Part shown: positions 51,148 through 59,590 of the stretch, one piece after another
How the letters are laid out: every line of letters begins with the position of its first letter
Numbering within the stretch: the stretch's first letter is position 1
Assembly (NCBI GenBank): GCA_964291315.2
Contig: OZ219753.1
Coordinates: 1,984,001 to 2,048,000, forward strand
Direction: 5' to 3'
Length of the DNA stretch: 64,000 nucleotides
DNA from: Candidatus Poribacteria bacterium
GTDB taxonomy: Bacteria > Poribacteria > WGA-4E > WGA-3G
The notes under the pieces: model-generated
What the model was told of the DNA's origin: nothing
Seen by the model: the letters and a program-made list of their open reading frames with translations, nothing else
Databases searched by the model: none
Made by a program: the position numbers and the translations under genes

Positions 51148-51325
51148 ATTCAGCATCCATTTGGTATAAATCTCTGGACATAATAGTGAGTAAATTGCTC
51201 GTTTGAGTTGATTAACCCTTATTCAAAGAACGCACGTCAAATTATAATACACGAAACCTAAACTAAATTAACCTGACAAAAGTATCCATCTATCGTAAAT
51301 CGAACGTCAACGATTAGAGACGCTC

Positions 51326-52375
51326 ATGGGCACACTAAAAAAAATTACGCGTCGATCCCTGTTGCATAGTTTGGGCGTTAGTGCCACATTACCGTGGTTG
51401 AAAACGATAGGATCACTCGCGGCTGGGGCAGACACGTCAGTAGCGGAACAAACAGTTATCCGTTATCCTGATCCAGCTGTTGAAATCATCCATCAACGCT
51501 TCGCGAAATACAAAATTGGCAACGCTGTTGTCGAACGGTTATGGACCGGATCACGCTGGGCGGAGGGGCCTGTCTGGTTCGGCGATGGAGGCTTTCTTCT
51601 CTGGAGCGATATCCCGAACAACCGTATGCTGAAATGGCAGGAAGCCACCGGCGAAGTAAGTGTCTATCGCAAGCCCTCTAACTACTCTAATGGGCACACA
51701 CGCGACCGGCAGGGCAGGCTAATTAGTTGTGAACACGGTACACTGCGTGTCACACGAACCGAATACGATGGAACAGTTACCGCCCTTATAGACAACTTTA
51801 ACGGAAAACGCTTCAACGCCCCTAACAACGTCGTCGTCCACCCGGACGGACACATCTGGTTTACAGATCCCGGATACGGCATTCTCTTCAACTATGAAGG
51901 GCATAAGGCGGAATTTGAATTACCAACTTCCGTTTACCGTCTTAATCCGGACACCGGGGAAGTAACTGTTGTCACAGAAGAACTCGAAAGACCGAACGGT
52001 ATCTGCTTCTCACCGAACTATGATAAACTTTACATCGCTGATACCGGGGCACCCAAAAACATCAACATCTATGATGTAGTGAACGGTGAACGATTAAAAA
52101 ATAAAAAGGTGTTTGCCGATATGGCACCCGGTATTGCTGACGGTCTCCGGTGTGATATTGACGGAAACCTATGGGCAGGTGCAGGTTGGGTCGGGGCAGG
52201 CTATGACGGGGTTCACACGTTCGCACCAGACGGAACACTTATCGGTAAGATTCACCTCCCAGAAATCTGCGCAAACGTCTGTTGCGGCGGAGCCAAGCGA
52301 AACAGACTCTTTATGGCAGGTAGTCAATCTCTCTACTCAGTTTATGTAGAAGCCGAAGGAGTACCCTATTTTTAA
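51326..52375 (+). CDS. SMP-30/gluconolactonase family protein, Tat-exported
   Basis: WAEGPVW, WSDIPN, NG.TRDRQGRLISCEH, WFTDP.YG, PNGICFSP, DGLRCD; TRRSLL leader. Confidence 0.92.
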   Translation: MGTLKKITRRSLLHSLGVSATLPWLKTIGSLAAGADTSVAEQTVIRYPDPAVEIIHQRFAKYKIGNAVVERLWTGSRWAEGPVWFGDGGFLLWSDIPNNRMLKWQEATGEVSVYRKPSNYSNGHTRDRQGRLISCEHGTLRVTRTEYDGTVTALIDNFNGKRFNAPNNVVVHPDGHIWFTDPGYGILFNYEGHKAEFELPTSVYRLNPDTGEVTVVTEELERPNGICFSPNYDKLYIADTGAPKNINIYDVVNGERLKNKKVFADMAPGIADGLRCDIDGNLWAGAGWVGAGYDGVHTFAPDGTLIGKIHLPEICANVCCGGAKRNRLFMAGSQSLYSVYVEAEGVPYF

Positions 52376-52425
52376 CTTAAGGATCCCCTAAGCATATAAA
52401 CACTCTGCTTCAAGAAGGAGTCGTC

Positions 52426-53778
52426 ATGAACAATTCAAAACAACTTTCACGTCGAACATTTTTACGCGGTCTAGGAGTCAGCATTGCTCTGCCGTGGTTG
52501 GAAGTTATGGGGGGCCCCATAACTTCGTGGGCGAACAGCCCCACAAGCGGAATATCACACCACACACCTCCAAACCGGATGGCATTCTTTTACGTGCCGA
52601 ACGGAAAGATTATGGAGAGTTGGACACCTAAGCAGATCGGAGCCAACTATGAGATTACGGACATCCTGAAACCCTTGGAAAATGTCAAGGACAAGATGCT
52701 AGTACTCAGTGGACTGACTGCTGATAAAGCTCGTGCTAATGGAGACGGTGGTGGAGATCACGCTCGCGCAATGGCGGCCTTCCTTACAGGGGCACAACCG
52801 CGTAAAACCGACGGGGCTAACATTCAGGCCGGCGTTTCTGTCGACCAAGTCGCGGCATCGCATATCGGAAACCGAACACGGATGCCCTCCCTCGAACTTG
52901 GAATTGACCCCGGAAGAAGAGCTGGAAACTGCGATTCTGGCTACAGCTGTGTCTATTCATCAACACTGTCATGGCGTTCTGCCACGCAACCCATTCCCAA
53001 AGAGGTAAATCCAAAACTCGCTTTTGAACGACTCTTCTCCGCTTTGCCTGACACACAACGAGAAAAACGCGATCAACAACGAAAAAGCATCCTCGATTTT
53101 GTGAAACAGGACTCAACAGAACTACTCCGTCAAGTCAGCGGAAACGATGTCCGAAAACTCGATGAGTACTTCTCCTCTATCCGTGACATTGAATTGAGAA
53201 TTGCGGCGGCTGAAAAGTTTCCAACAATCAAAAGCCCAGACTATAACGCTCCAGAGGAGATTCCAGCAGATTATCAAGAGCACCTACGCCTCATGATGGA
53301 CTTGATACTGCTTGCCTTTCAAACAGATGTCACCCGCGTGGTAACCTTCGTCCTCGCAAATGAAGGAAGCAACAGACCTTATCCGTTTGTCGATGTCCCT
53401 GATGGACACCACTACTTGTCACATCACAGCGGCAATAAGGATAAGATAGAAAAAATTAAACGAATTGATGTTTTCCACTCCCAACAGCTCGCATACTTCT
53501 TGGAAAAACTTGATGCCACTGCAGAAGGCGACGGCTCACTGCTAGATCACGCAATGATTGCATACGGCAGTGGAAACGCGGACGGCAATAGGCATAGCCA
53601 CCACGACCTCCCTATTCTCCTAGCAGGAAACGGTTGTGGCACAATCAAGAGTGGTCGGCATATCCGCTATCCAAAAGAGACCCCTCTTAACAACCTCTGG
53701 TTATCAATGCTTGATCGAATGGATGTCAATTTGGCACAACTCGGCGATAGCACCGGTAGCTTACCAGAACTCTCCTAG
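52426..53778 (+). CDS. DUF1552 (HXXSHH) protein, Tat leader
   Basis: SRRTFLRG, YVPNG, SVDQVAA, SLELG, CDSGYSC, HHYLSHH. Confidence 0.93.
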   Translation: MNNSKQLSRRTFLRGLGVSIALPWLEVMGGPITSWANSPTSGISHHTPPNRMAFFYVPNGKIMESWTPKQIGANYEITDILKPLENVKDKMLVLSGLTADKARANGDGGGDHARAMAAFLTGAQPRKTDGANIQAGVSVDQVAASHIGNRTRMPSLELGIDPGRRAGNCDSGYSCVYSSTLSWRSATQPIPKEVNPKLAFERLFSALPDTQREKRDQQRKSILDFVKQDSTELLRQVSGNDVRKLDEYFSSIRDIELRIAAAEKFPTIKSPDYNAPEEIPADYQEHLRLMMDLILLAFQTDVTRVVTFVLANEGSNRPYPFVDVPDGHHYLSHHSGNKDKIEKIKRIDVFHSQQLAYFLEKLDATAEGDGSLLDHAMIAYGSGNADGNRHSHHDLPILLAGNGCGTIKSGRHIRYPKETPLNNLWLSMLDRMDVNLAQLGDSTGSLPELS

Positions 53779-53786
53779 CTCCTAAA

Positions 53787-53815
53787 AAGATGCGGGCTTA
53801 TACAGCTCGCATCTT
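53787..53815. terminator. hairpin between convergent genes
   Basis: AAGATGCGGGCT-tatac-AGCTCGCATCTT preceded by an A-run. Confidence 0.65.
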
Positions 53816-53889
53816 CCCACGCAAAGAAATTATGATAACGAGTATTAAAGCATCGCCTGATATTCCGGAATACTTCCGATGTAGGTCAG

Positions 53890-55800
53890 TTACCAATCCT
53901 TAAATGGGAATATCCGTGTCTCTGTCGCCATTCCATAAAAACTCCATAAACTGCCCGCGACAAACTCACCGAGGATTAAACCAAGGAAGAAAGGCACCGC
54001 CTTCCGATGCAATTGCAACCCGCCTTGTTTAATAATCAACCACTTTGCCGTAGTGCTAATCACAAGCGAGATCCAGAGCCAATTCATGCACCAATCCGAT
54101 GCACCCGAGACAGCATAACCGACAGCATGAAAGGGCCACCAAAAGAAACGCATCCGTAAAAACATCAGCAGAAATGTGAATCCCATACCGATCCCCATGG
54201 AGGTCACCTCAGGAATATTGGGACCCAGCGGGAAATTGAGCTGTTTTTGGAGCCTCTCAAAAGGGTGTCGGGCAAAACCTCCTGCCGCTCCAAAATGGTA
54301 GACATCGTGCAAATATGCCCAAAAAGAACCAACCGAACCCACAAGAACAGCTAAGAGCATTACCCAAACCAGCGGTCTTGGATTGAACCGGGCCCGCGAA
54401 GCAAGTTGGAAACCCTCTAACTGGTGTGGCATTGGATGACTACGGTGTGCACGATTGAAGAAAAAGAGAAAGGAGAGCGCCGTAAGATTCGGCCCTCCCA
54501 GGCCTCGCGAGCCAAGAATCGCCGGTAAGGCATAATCCGGGCCCATAAAATGGAGATCGTGTGCCGGGGCTCCCGACTCTACTCTCATCCTCGTGATTCC
54601 AATTGACAAAGCGAAATACATCACAAAAAAAGCAATACCTAGTAAAATACCGATACCTATTTTCATAGAAAACGCTATAAGATAGACACATCCCAACACA
54701 ATACCTGCGATTGCAGTTCGATAGCGCATCGGTTCAACCGATTCGTCGAGGTTGGAGTGACCCGTGAACGCCTGTCTAAAAACTTCCGAAAGATACTTGC
54801 GGCTTGCCCATATCGCAAAAATCGCAAGCCCGATATAGGCACCCAGCGACTGCTGCCGGTCGTAAGGAAAACCAGGTAGACCCCGAACACCCAGGACAAC
54901 CCCAACAACCCGTTGCATCTTACGAAACAGGTAAAAGAACCAGCAGGAAAACGACAAGTCCAGCGGCATAAAAAAACCTAGTCCAATTACAAACGGATAG
55001 ATCGAAAACGGTGTCCATCCAATAGCACTCCACGGCTTTTCGGTAAAAAAGTGACTGATATTTCTGAACCGAACACCGATAATGGGGATCGTCGGAAAAA
55101 GGTAACTGAACCCATTAACAAGATTCAGAAGTGATACGAGGATAAAGGCAGTCCAGAACGTTCTGCCCCGAAGAAAGTTAGCACCACTATTGCGCGTCAT
55201 TTCTAACGGCAGCTGGATAATAGGATAAGCAAGTTTTTCACGTTCAGTCCACTGCTTCCGTAGAACAACGTTGATGCACAACATCACAAACACAAGCACC
55301 ACAATGAAACTCGTCCACCATAGAGTCGGACCAAGCCACGCTTGTAACACCTCCGCCCGATAAAGTGTTGTTTGTCCTTCATAAAATCCCTCTAATATAC
55401 CCTTATCTTGCACCGTACCCCATGTTGGCATATATTGGTGGAGAAGTTCACGCCACTCATTTTCAGCCGTATCGTACCAGAATACATGTCCGATCATCGG
55501 GATCAACACTTGGGTATGGTCGTGGGAAGCAATAGCACTCGCCATACTGAGCATCACATAGATAACAAGCAGCTCGCCATGTGTCAATGCCCACTGCCGA
55601 TTTATCCGGCCCACAAGTAGATTTAGGAGGGTGATCATAAACACAAAGAAAACAACATTAAAAAACAGAGACATCGTCGTCGGAAAAAGCCCCCACCACA
55701 CCATTTCCGTGTACATAATCCAATAGCAGTTAATCGGGATAAGGATGAGTGCTAATACAACCGATTTTAGCGTGACCCCTCGAGTTAAAGTGTCAGGCAT
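53890..55800 (-). CDS. DUF6785/DUF6784-type polytopic membrane protein (OPT-like putative transporter)
   Basis: ELL.IY.ML, RKQW.E.EKL.YPI..LP, RMR.ESG, WWPFH..GY, PFFLGLILGE. Confidence 0.8.
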   Translation of the reverse strand: MPDTLTRGVTLKSVVLALILIPINCYWIMYTEMVWWGLFPTTMSLFFNVVFFVFMITLLNLLVGRINRQWALTHGELLVIYVMLSMASAIASHDHTQVLIPMIGHVFWYDTAENEWRELLHQYMPTWGTVQDKGILEGFYEGQTTLYRAEVLQAWLGPTLWWTSFIVVLVFVMLCINVVLRKQWTEREKLAYPIIQLPLEMTRNSGANFLRGRTFWTAFILVSLLNLVNGFSYLFPTIPIIGVRFRNISHFFTEKPWSAIGWTPFSIYPFVIGLGFFMPLDLSFSCWFFYLFRKMQRVVGVVLGVRGLPGFPYDRQQSLGAYIGLAIFAIWASRKYLSEVFRQAFTGHSNLDESVEPMRYRTAIAGIVLGCVYLIAFSMKIGIGILLGIAFFVMYFALSIGITRMRVESGAPAHDLHFMGPDYALPAILGSRGLGGPNLTALSFLFFFNRAHRSHPMPHQLEGFQLASRARFNPRPLVWVMLLAVLVGSVGSFWAYLHDVYHFGAAGGFARHPFERLQKQLNFPLGPNIPEVTSMGIGMGFTFLLMFLRMRFFWWPFHAVGYAVSGASDWCMNWLWISLVISTTAKWLIIKQGGLQLHRKAVPFFLGLILGEFVAGSLWSFYGMATETRIFPFKDW

Positions 55801-56019
55801 CTCGTTCTCCTATAATTTAGCGCACTATGTCTATTCTATTACCGAGCGGAGCATCTGTACAATCTCCTGACACCTTAACCGTGAAAGAACCTTGACACAA
55901 AATGAGGAACGTGAGGATAGATTTGAAGGGCATCATGAGCTTAGGAAAATCGTGGAGAGGAACGAAATTTTAACAACATGCAACACTGTCATAAGCTGTA
56001 CAGTTACCGGGCATTAATA

Positions 56020-56201
56020 TTTGCCTATGTCGTTAGACGGGCTTGCGGTGTAACCTAATCAACCGCTACCTCTCTGCCAATATAGCGGTTTTTCTTAGCA
56101 CCATCATAAGTAGCATCATCCTTATATAAGGCTCCCATGTAGGATTCGAGTGAAATGCTCTAAACACCGTTCTTCGTAAGGACCTGTTTTCAACAGGCAA
56201 A
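56020..56201. ncRNA. candidate ~180-nt end-paired structured element (ncRNA or MITE-like)
   Basis: ends TTTGCCT/AGGCAAA, AGACGGG/CCTGTTT and CGGTGT/ACACCG pair; internal AACCGCTA/TAGCGGTT hairpin; promoter adjacent. Confidence 0.4.
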
Positions 56202-56212
56202 ACTAACTTAGC

Positions 56213-56241
56213 ATATTAGCATAAGAACCGGGCAAGGTCAA
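56213..56241 (-). promoter_or_regulatory. sigma70-like promoter pointing into the structured element and the DUF6785 gene
   Basis: TTGACC-N17-TAATAT with extended TG on the minus strand. Confidence 0.55.
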
Positions 56242-56382
56242 GCATTTTTTTGGAATCTACATTATAGTTAACTAATAACTAAAAAAATATATTTTTTTAG
56301 TTCTCTGCACATTATGCCCCTTTCTGATCCAAAGTTATGTCTCTAATTATACGCAAAGAGTGAACTCAGGCTTGCATATAGC

Positions 56383-56411
56383 TTGATGCAAACGCCCAAA
56401 GGCGGTATAAT
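56383..56411 (+). promoter_or_regulatory. sigma70-like promoter of the dehydrogenase
   Basis: TTGATG-N17-TATAAT. Confidence 0.6.
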
Positions 56412-56442
56412 GCCTTATACCTCTCAATAAATGGAGATACGG

Positions 56443-57456
56443 ATGAAAGTCGTAGCAAAATTCGCTCCCGAAAGCGCGGGCTTAATTGACAAACCAGATC
56501 CCGTTGCTCAGGACGAATTCGTTGTCATCAAAATTCACTCAGCCCCTATGTGTACGGAATACAAAACCTTCAAAGATGAAGGTAAGAACGACAGCTTCGG
56601 CCACGAAGCCGCCGGCGAAGTCGTAGAAATCGCACAAACGGGCACCGTCAGGGTAGGTGACCGCGTTGTCGTGATGCCACATTACCCTTGTGGAAAGTGT
56701 CAACTCTGCTTAGCTGGCGAATATGCCCACTGTCAAAACGACCACAAAAACCCAAATATTCCCAAACAGACACGAGTGACAGCGACTTATGCACAGTACA
56801 TCCTTAAAAAAGACTGGCAGCTCGTGCCAATCCCAGAAGAACTCTCCTATCATCATGCGGGAATGGCGTGTTGTGGGCTTGGATCAACTTCTAATGCAAT
56901 GCGATTGATGAACGTTAACCCGCTTGATACTGTCCTAATTACTGGAATGGGCCCCGTCGGACTTGGAGGCGTGATTAATGCCTTGTATAGAGGAGCGCAA
57001 GTCATAGCTGTTGAAAGCAACCGATATCGCGCGGACCTCGCGAAAAAACTCGGCGCAGAGCATGTCATCAACCCGCAAGATGAGGACACTGCCAACCAGA
57101 TTCTGGAGCTGACCCAGGGTAGAGGTATCGACAAGGGGGTAGAATGCTCAGGCACTTCCGGAGCAGTCCAACTATTAATCGACGTAACACGCCCGAAAGG
57201 ACACATCGCTTTGATTGGTGGCATTCGTGAAGTGGCAATTCAGGGCGGCAATATTATCAACAAAGGCTTGACATTACACGGCACGCGGCATTACAATCTC
57301 ACAGACACACTCGCTATGATGCAAATGATTACACATATCAAGGAGCAACTGGATACATTCATCACGCACATATTCCCTATGAGCCAGATTCAGAAGGCAT
57401 GGACGCTGCAGTGTACCAATAATTGTGGAAAAGTTATCCTTGAACCATGGGCGTGA
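56443..57456 (+). CDS. zinc-binding (MDR) alcohol/sugar dehydrogenase
   Basis: GHEAAGEV, CGKC..C...C, G.GPVGL; RBS GGAG. Confidence 0.92.
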   Translation: MKVVAKFAPESAGLIDKPDPVAQDEFVVIKIHSAPMCTEYKTFKDEGKNDSFGHEAAGEVVEIAQTGTVRVGDRVVVMPHYPCGKCQLCLAGEYAHCQNDHKNPNIPKQTRVTATYAQYILKKDWQLVPIPEELSYHHAGMACCGLGSTSNAMRLMNVNPLDTVLITGMGPVGLGGVINALYRGAQVIAVESNRYRADLAKKLGAEHVINPQDEDTANQILELTQGRGIDKGVECSGTSGAVQLLIDVTRPKGHIALIGGIREVAIQGGNIINKGLTLHGTRHYNLTDTLAMMQMITHIKEQLDTFITHIFPMSQIQKAWTLQCTNNCGKVILEPWA

Positions 57457-57699
57457 AGAATTAAACAGGCTTACCTTAATCACTCACAGTGAATGGAGCC
57501 CCATATGCGTTCGCAAAAAATAAAAAATATATATGCCTCTCTCAACATCGCTCAATATGATGCCGCCTTCCCATTACTTTGGAGCTCCCTCGGGATTGGT
57601 AACATTTCTGCACAACGGGCGCTGAGCAGAACACACGCAAAACAAGGTAAATCCGTATAATCCCTTCTCTTCCACTTCCTGAAAACTCCTTCGCCTCGG

Positions 57700-58560
57700 T
57701 TAACGTAATCTCGCCCCATTCGCATCCCATATTTCAGCGTCTGAATATACCTGAGGGGGCTCTATAGCAGTTAGCATCGGTGTCCAATCTTCGCGAAATT
57801 GCTGTACCAACCTGACTGCGTTCCGATAAGCGACTCGCTCCTCCGTTTCCTCGTCAAGTTTTCCGGATTCGATCTGTGCCTGTACCAACCGGAAATCGTA
57901 GTACGGTAGATCACTGCCGAACAGGACTCTCTCGCTGCCGAGGGCGTTGACGAGATGAGCCAAATCCCAACTCGAATCCGCGCTTTCCGGCTTCTGTGCT
58001 ACGTCAAACCAGATATTCTCACACGCCCCGCACTGCGCGATCGCATCAAGGTGTCCAGCTTTGTTCATAGAAACGTGCCCAATAACAAACGTTACCGACG
58101 GGAATCGGCGCGCGTAAGCAGCAATATTCCGGGTGGACCCTGCCTGATGGAGCAGGCACAGCCCATTGTGCATCGCCACAACCTCAAGAAAATCGTGCAG
58201 CTCCGCGCCGAGCGAATGTCCAGACAATCCCGGATGGCACATAAAACCCACTAAGCCGTCTACCTGCATCGCCCTTTCTAATTCGTCAACGCCAGCTCGT
58301 TCGTGTCGAACTTCCGCGATCCCAAGCCCAATTGGAAAACGTTCAGGATACAATTGACAGGCACTCGCGATCGTGGCGTGTTGAGCACATGTGTCCAATA
58401 CACCCCGGGCTTGTGGGCTTCCAGCAGTCGGACACGGAATAGCACCAATGACACCAGCTGATGCCATCCGTGCCAAACATTTTCCAATGCTCTGTCCAAC
58501 AACCGGGGATCGCGATACCGTCATACCGATGTGGCAATGCACATCAAAATAGAGACGCAT
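57700..58560 (-). CDS. amidohydrolase-2 family protein
   Basis: DVHCH, HP, LLH, VIGH, LFGSDLP, NA..L. Confidence 0.88.
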   Translation of the reverse strand: MRLYFDVHCHIGMTVSRSPVVGQSIGKCLARMASAGVIGAIPCPTAGSPQARGVLDTCAQHATIASACQLYPERFPIGLGIAEVRHERAGVDELERAMQVDGLVGFMCHPGLSGHSLGAELHDFLEVVAMHNGLCLLHQAGSTRNIAAYARRFPSVTFVIGHVSMNKAGHLDAIAQCGACENIWFDVAQKPESADSSWDLAHLVNALGSERVLFGSDLPYYDFRLVQAQIESGKLDEETEERVAYRNAVRLVQQFREDWTPMLTAIEPPQVYSDAEIWDANGARLR

Positions 58561-58610
58561 GACTTTTCCTTTCCGTTTCCGTATCTAATTAAGACTTTTC
58601 TCTTGAACCG

Positions 58611-59378
58611 TTAGAATTCAGGAATAGCGGTATAGGTGTTGAAACCGCCCGTCCTGTCTTTACCTTGCAGCAGGTAGATAGCGTGTTTGCGCCGCCACGC
58701 TGCACCAGGGTAACGAACGTCCGCCGGCATATAGCGCATCGTGTAACCGCACCGGCGTTTCTGTGAGACATTCGGACTAGAATTATGGATTGTCCATGCA
58801 TCGTGAAAATGACACTCACCCACTTCCAATTCCAGATTAACCGCTTTCGATGTGTCTAAGTCCTCTTCCACAACCTCGCTGTTAAAAAGATTCTCGGATC
58901 GGTCTACCTCTTCATAGCGGCGGTCACGCAACATGTGACTGCCAGGGATAACACGCATACATCCGTTTTCAAGCGTCGATTCATCCACTGCCAACCACAT
59001 CGTGATAACGTGCATCGGCTCAAGAGAATTGCCCCAATACACCCCGTCTTGGTGCCACGGCACCGCCATACCGTCGTGCTCACGCTTGCTGATAAAATGG
59101 CTCGACCAGAGGACAATATCTGCCCCGATAAACCGCTCGATGACCCTTAGCACACGAGGATGAGTCAGGTACTTAAACAGAAACGGGTGTTCAAAGTGTG
59201 GCACATCCATCTGTTCCGGGCGCCTCCCCGCCGGCAAATTCTCGATCATATCGTCTACATAATCTCGGAGTGTATCCAATTCCGATTTTGTAAAAATACG
59301 CCCGAATGTGAGATACCCATTATCTTTGTAAAATTCCACCTGTTCGTCGGAAACAGTTGTTTCCAATTGCCAATTCAT
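58611..59378 (-). CDS. phytanoyl-CoA dioxygenase (PhyH) family 2OG-Fe(II) oxygenase
   Basis: Y..NGY, PWHQD, WLAVD.ST.ENGCMRVIPGSH, IH.S.PN.S..RR. Confidence 0.92.
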   Translation of the reverse strand: MNWQLETTVSDEQVEFYKDNGYLTFGRIFTKSELDTLRDYVDDMIENLPAGRRPEQMDVPHFEHPFLFKYLTHPRVLRVIERFIGADIVLWSSHFISKREHDGMAVPWHQDGVYWGNSLEPMHVITMWLAVDESTLENGCMRVIPGSHMLRDRRYEEVDRSENLFNSEVVEEDLDTSKAVNLELEVGECHFHDAWTIHNSSPNVSQKRRCGYTMRYMPADVRYPGAAWRRKHAIYLLQGKDRTGGFNTYTAIPEF

Positions 59379-59590
59379 GTGATACGCCCCTTGTTTTTAA
59401 CGTCTCGATACACAATATGCTGTAGATGTTTGCGTTTTTGTGTGACGTTTCCCAACCGGCCTAGTGTGAACACAAAGCTTGGCTGCCTCAAAAACACAAA
59501 AGGGACGTGATAGCGAACAGTTATAAAACCTACCCGCCATCGCGCCCCTTTCGTATATTTAGATCATATCAGACGTTAAGCCAGAAAACC

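Noticed and set aside
44091-51168. TATACCAA (44091) and TTGGTATA (51161) as ends of a mobile element
   Set aside because: Only 8 bp, also found elsewhere including inside CDS, encloses housekeeping genes, and no target duplication or transposase was seen.
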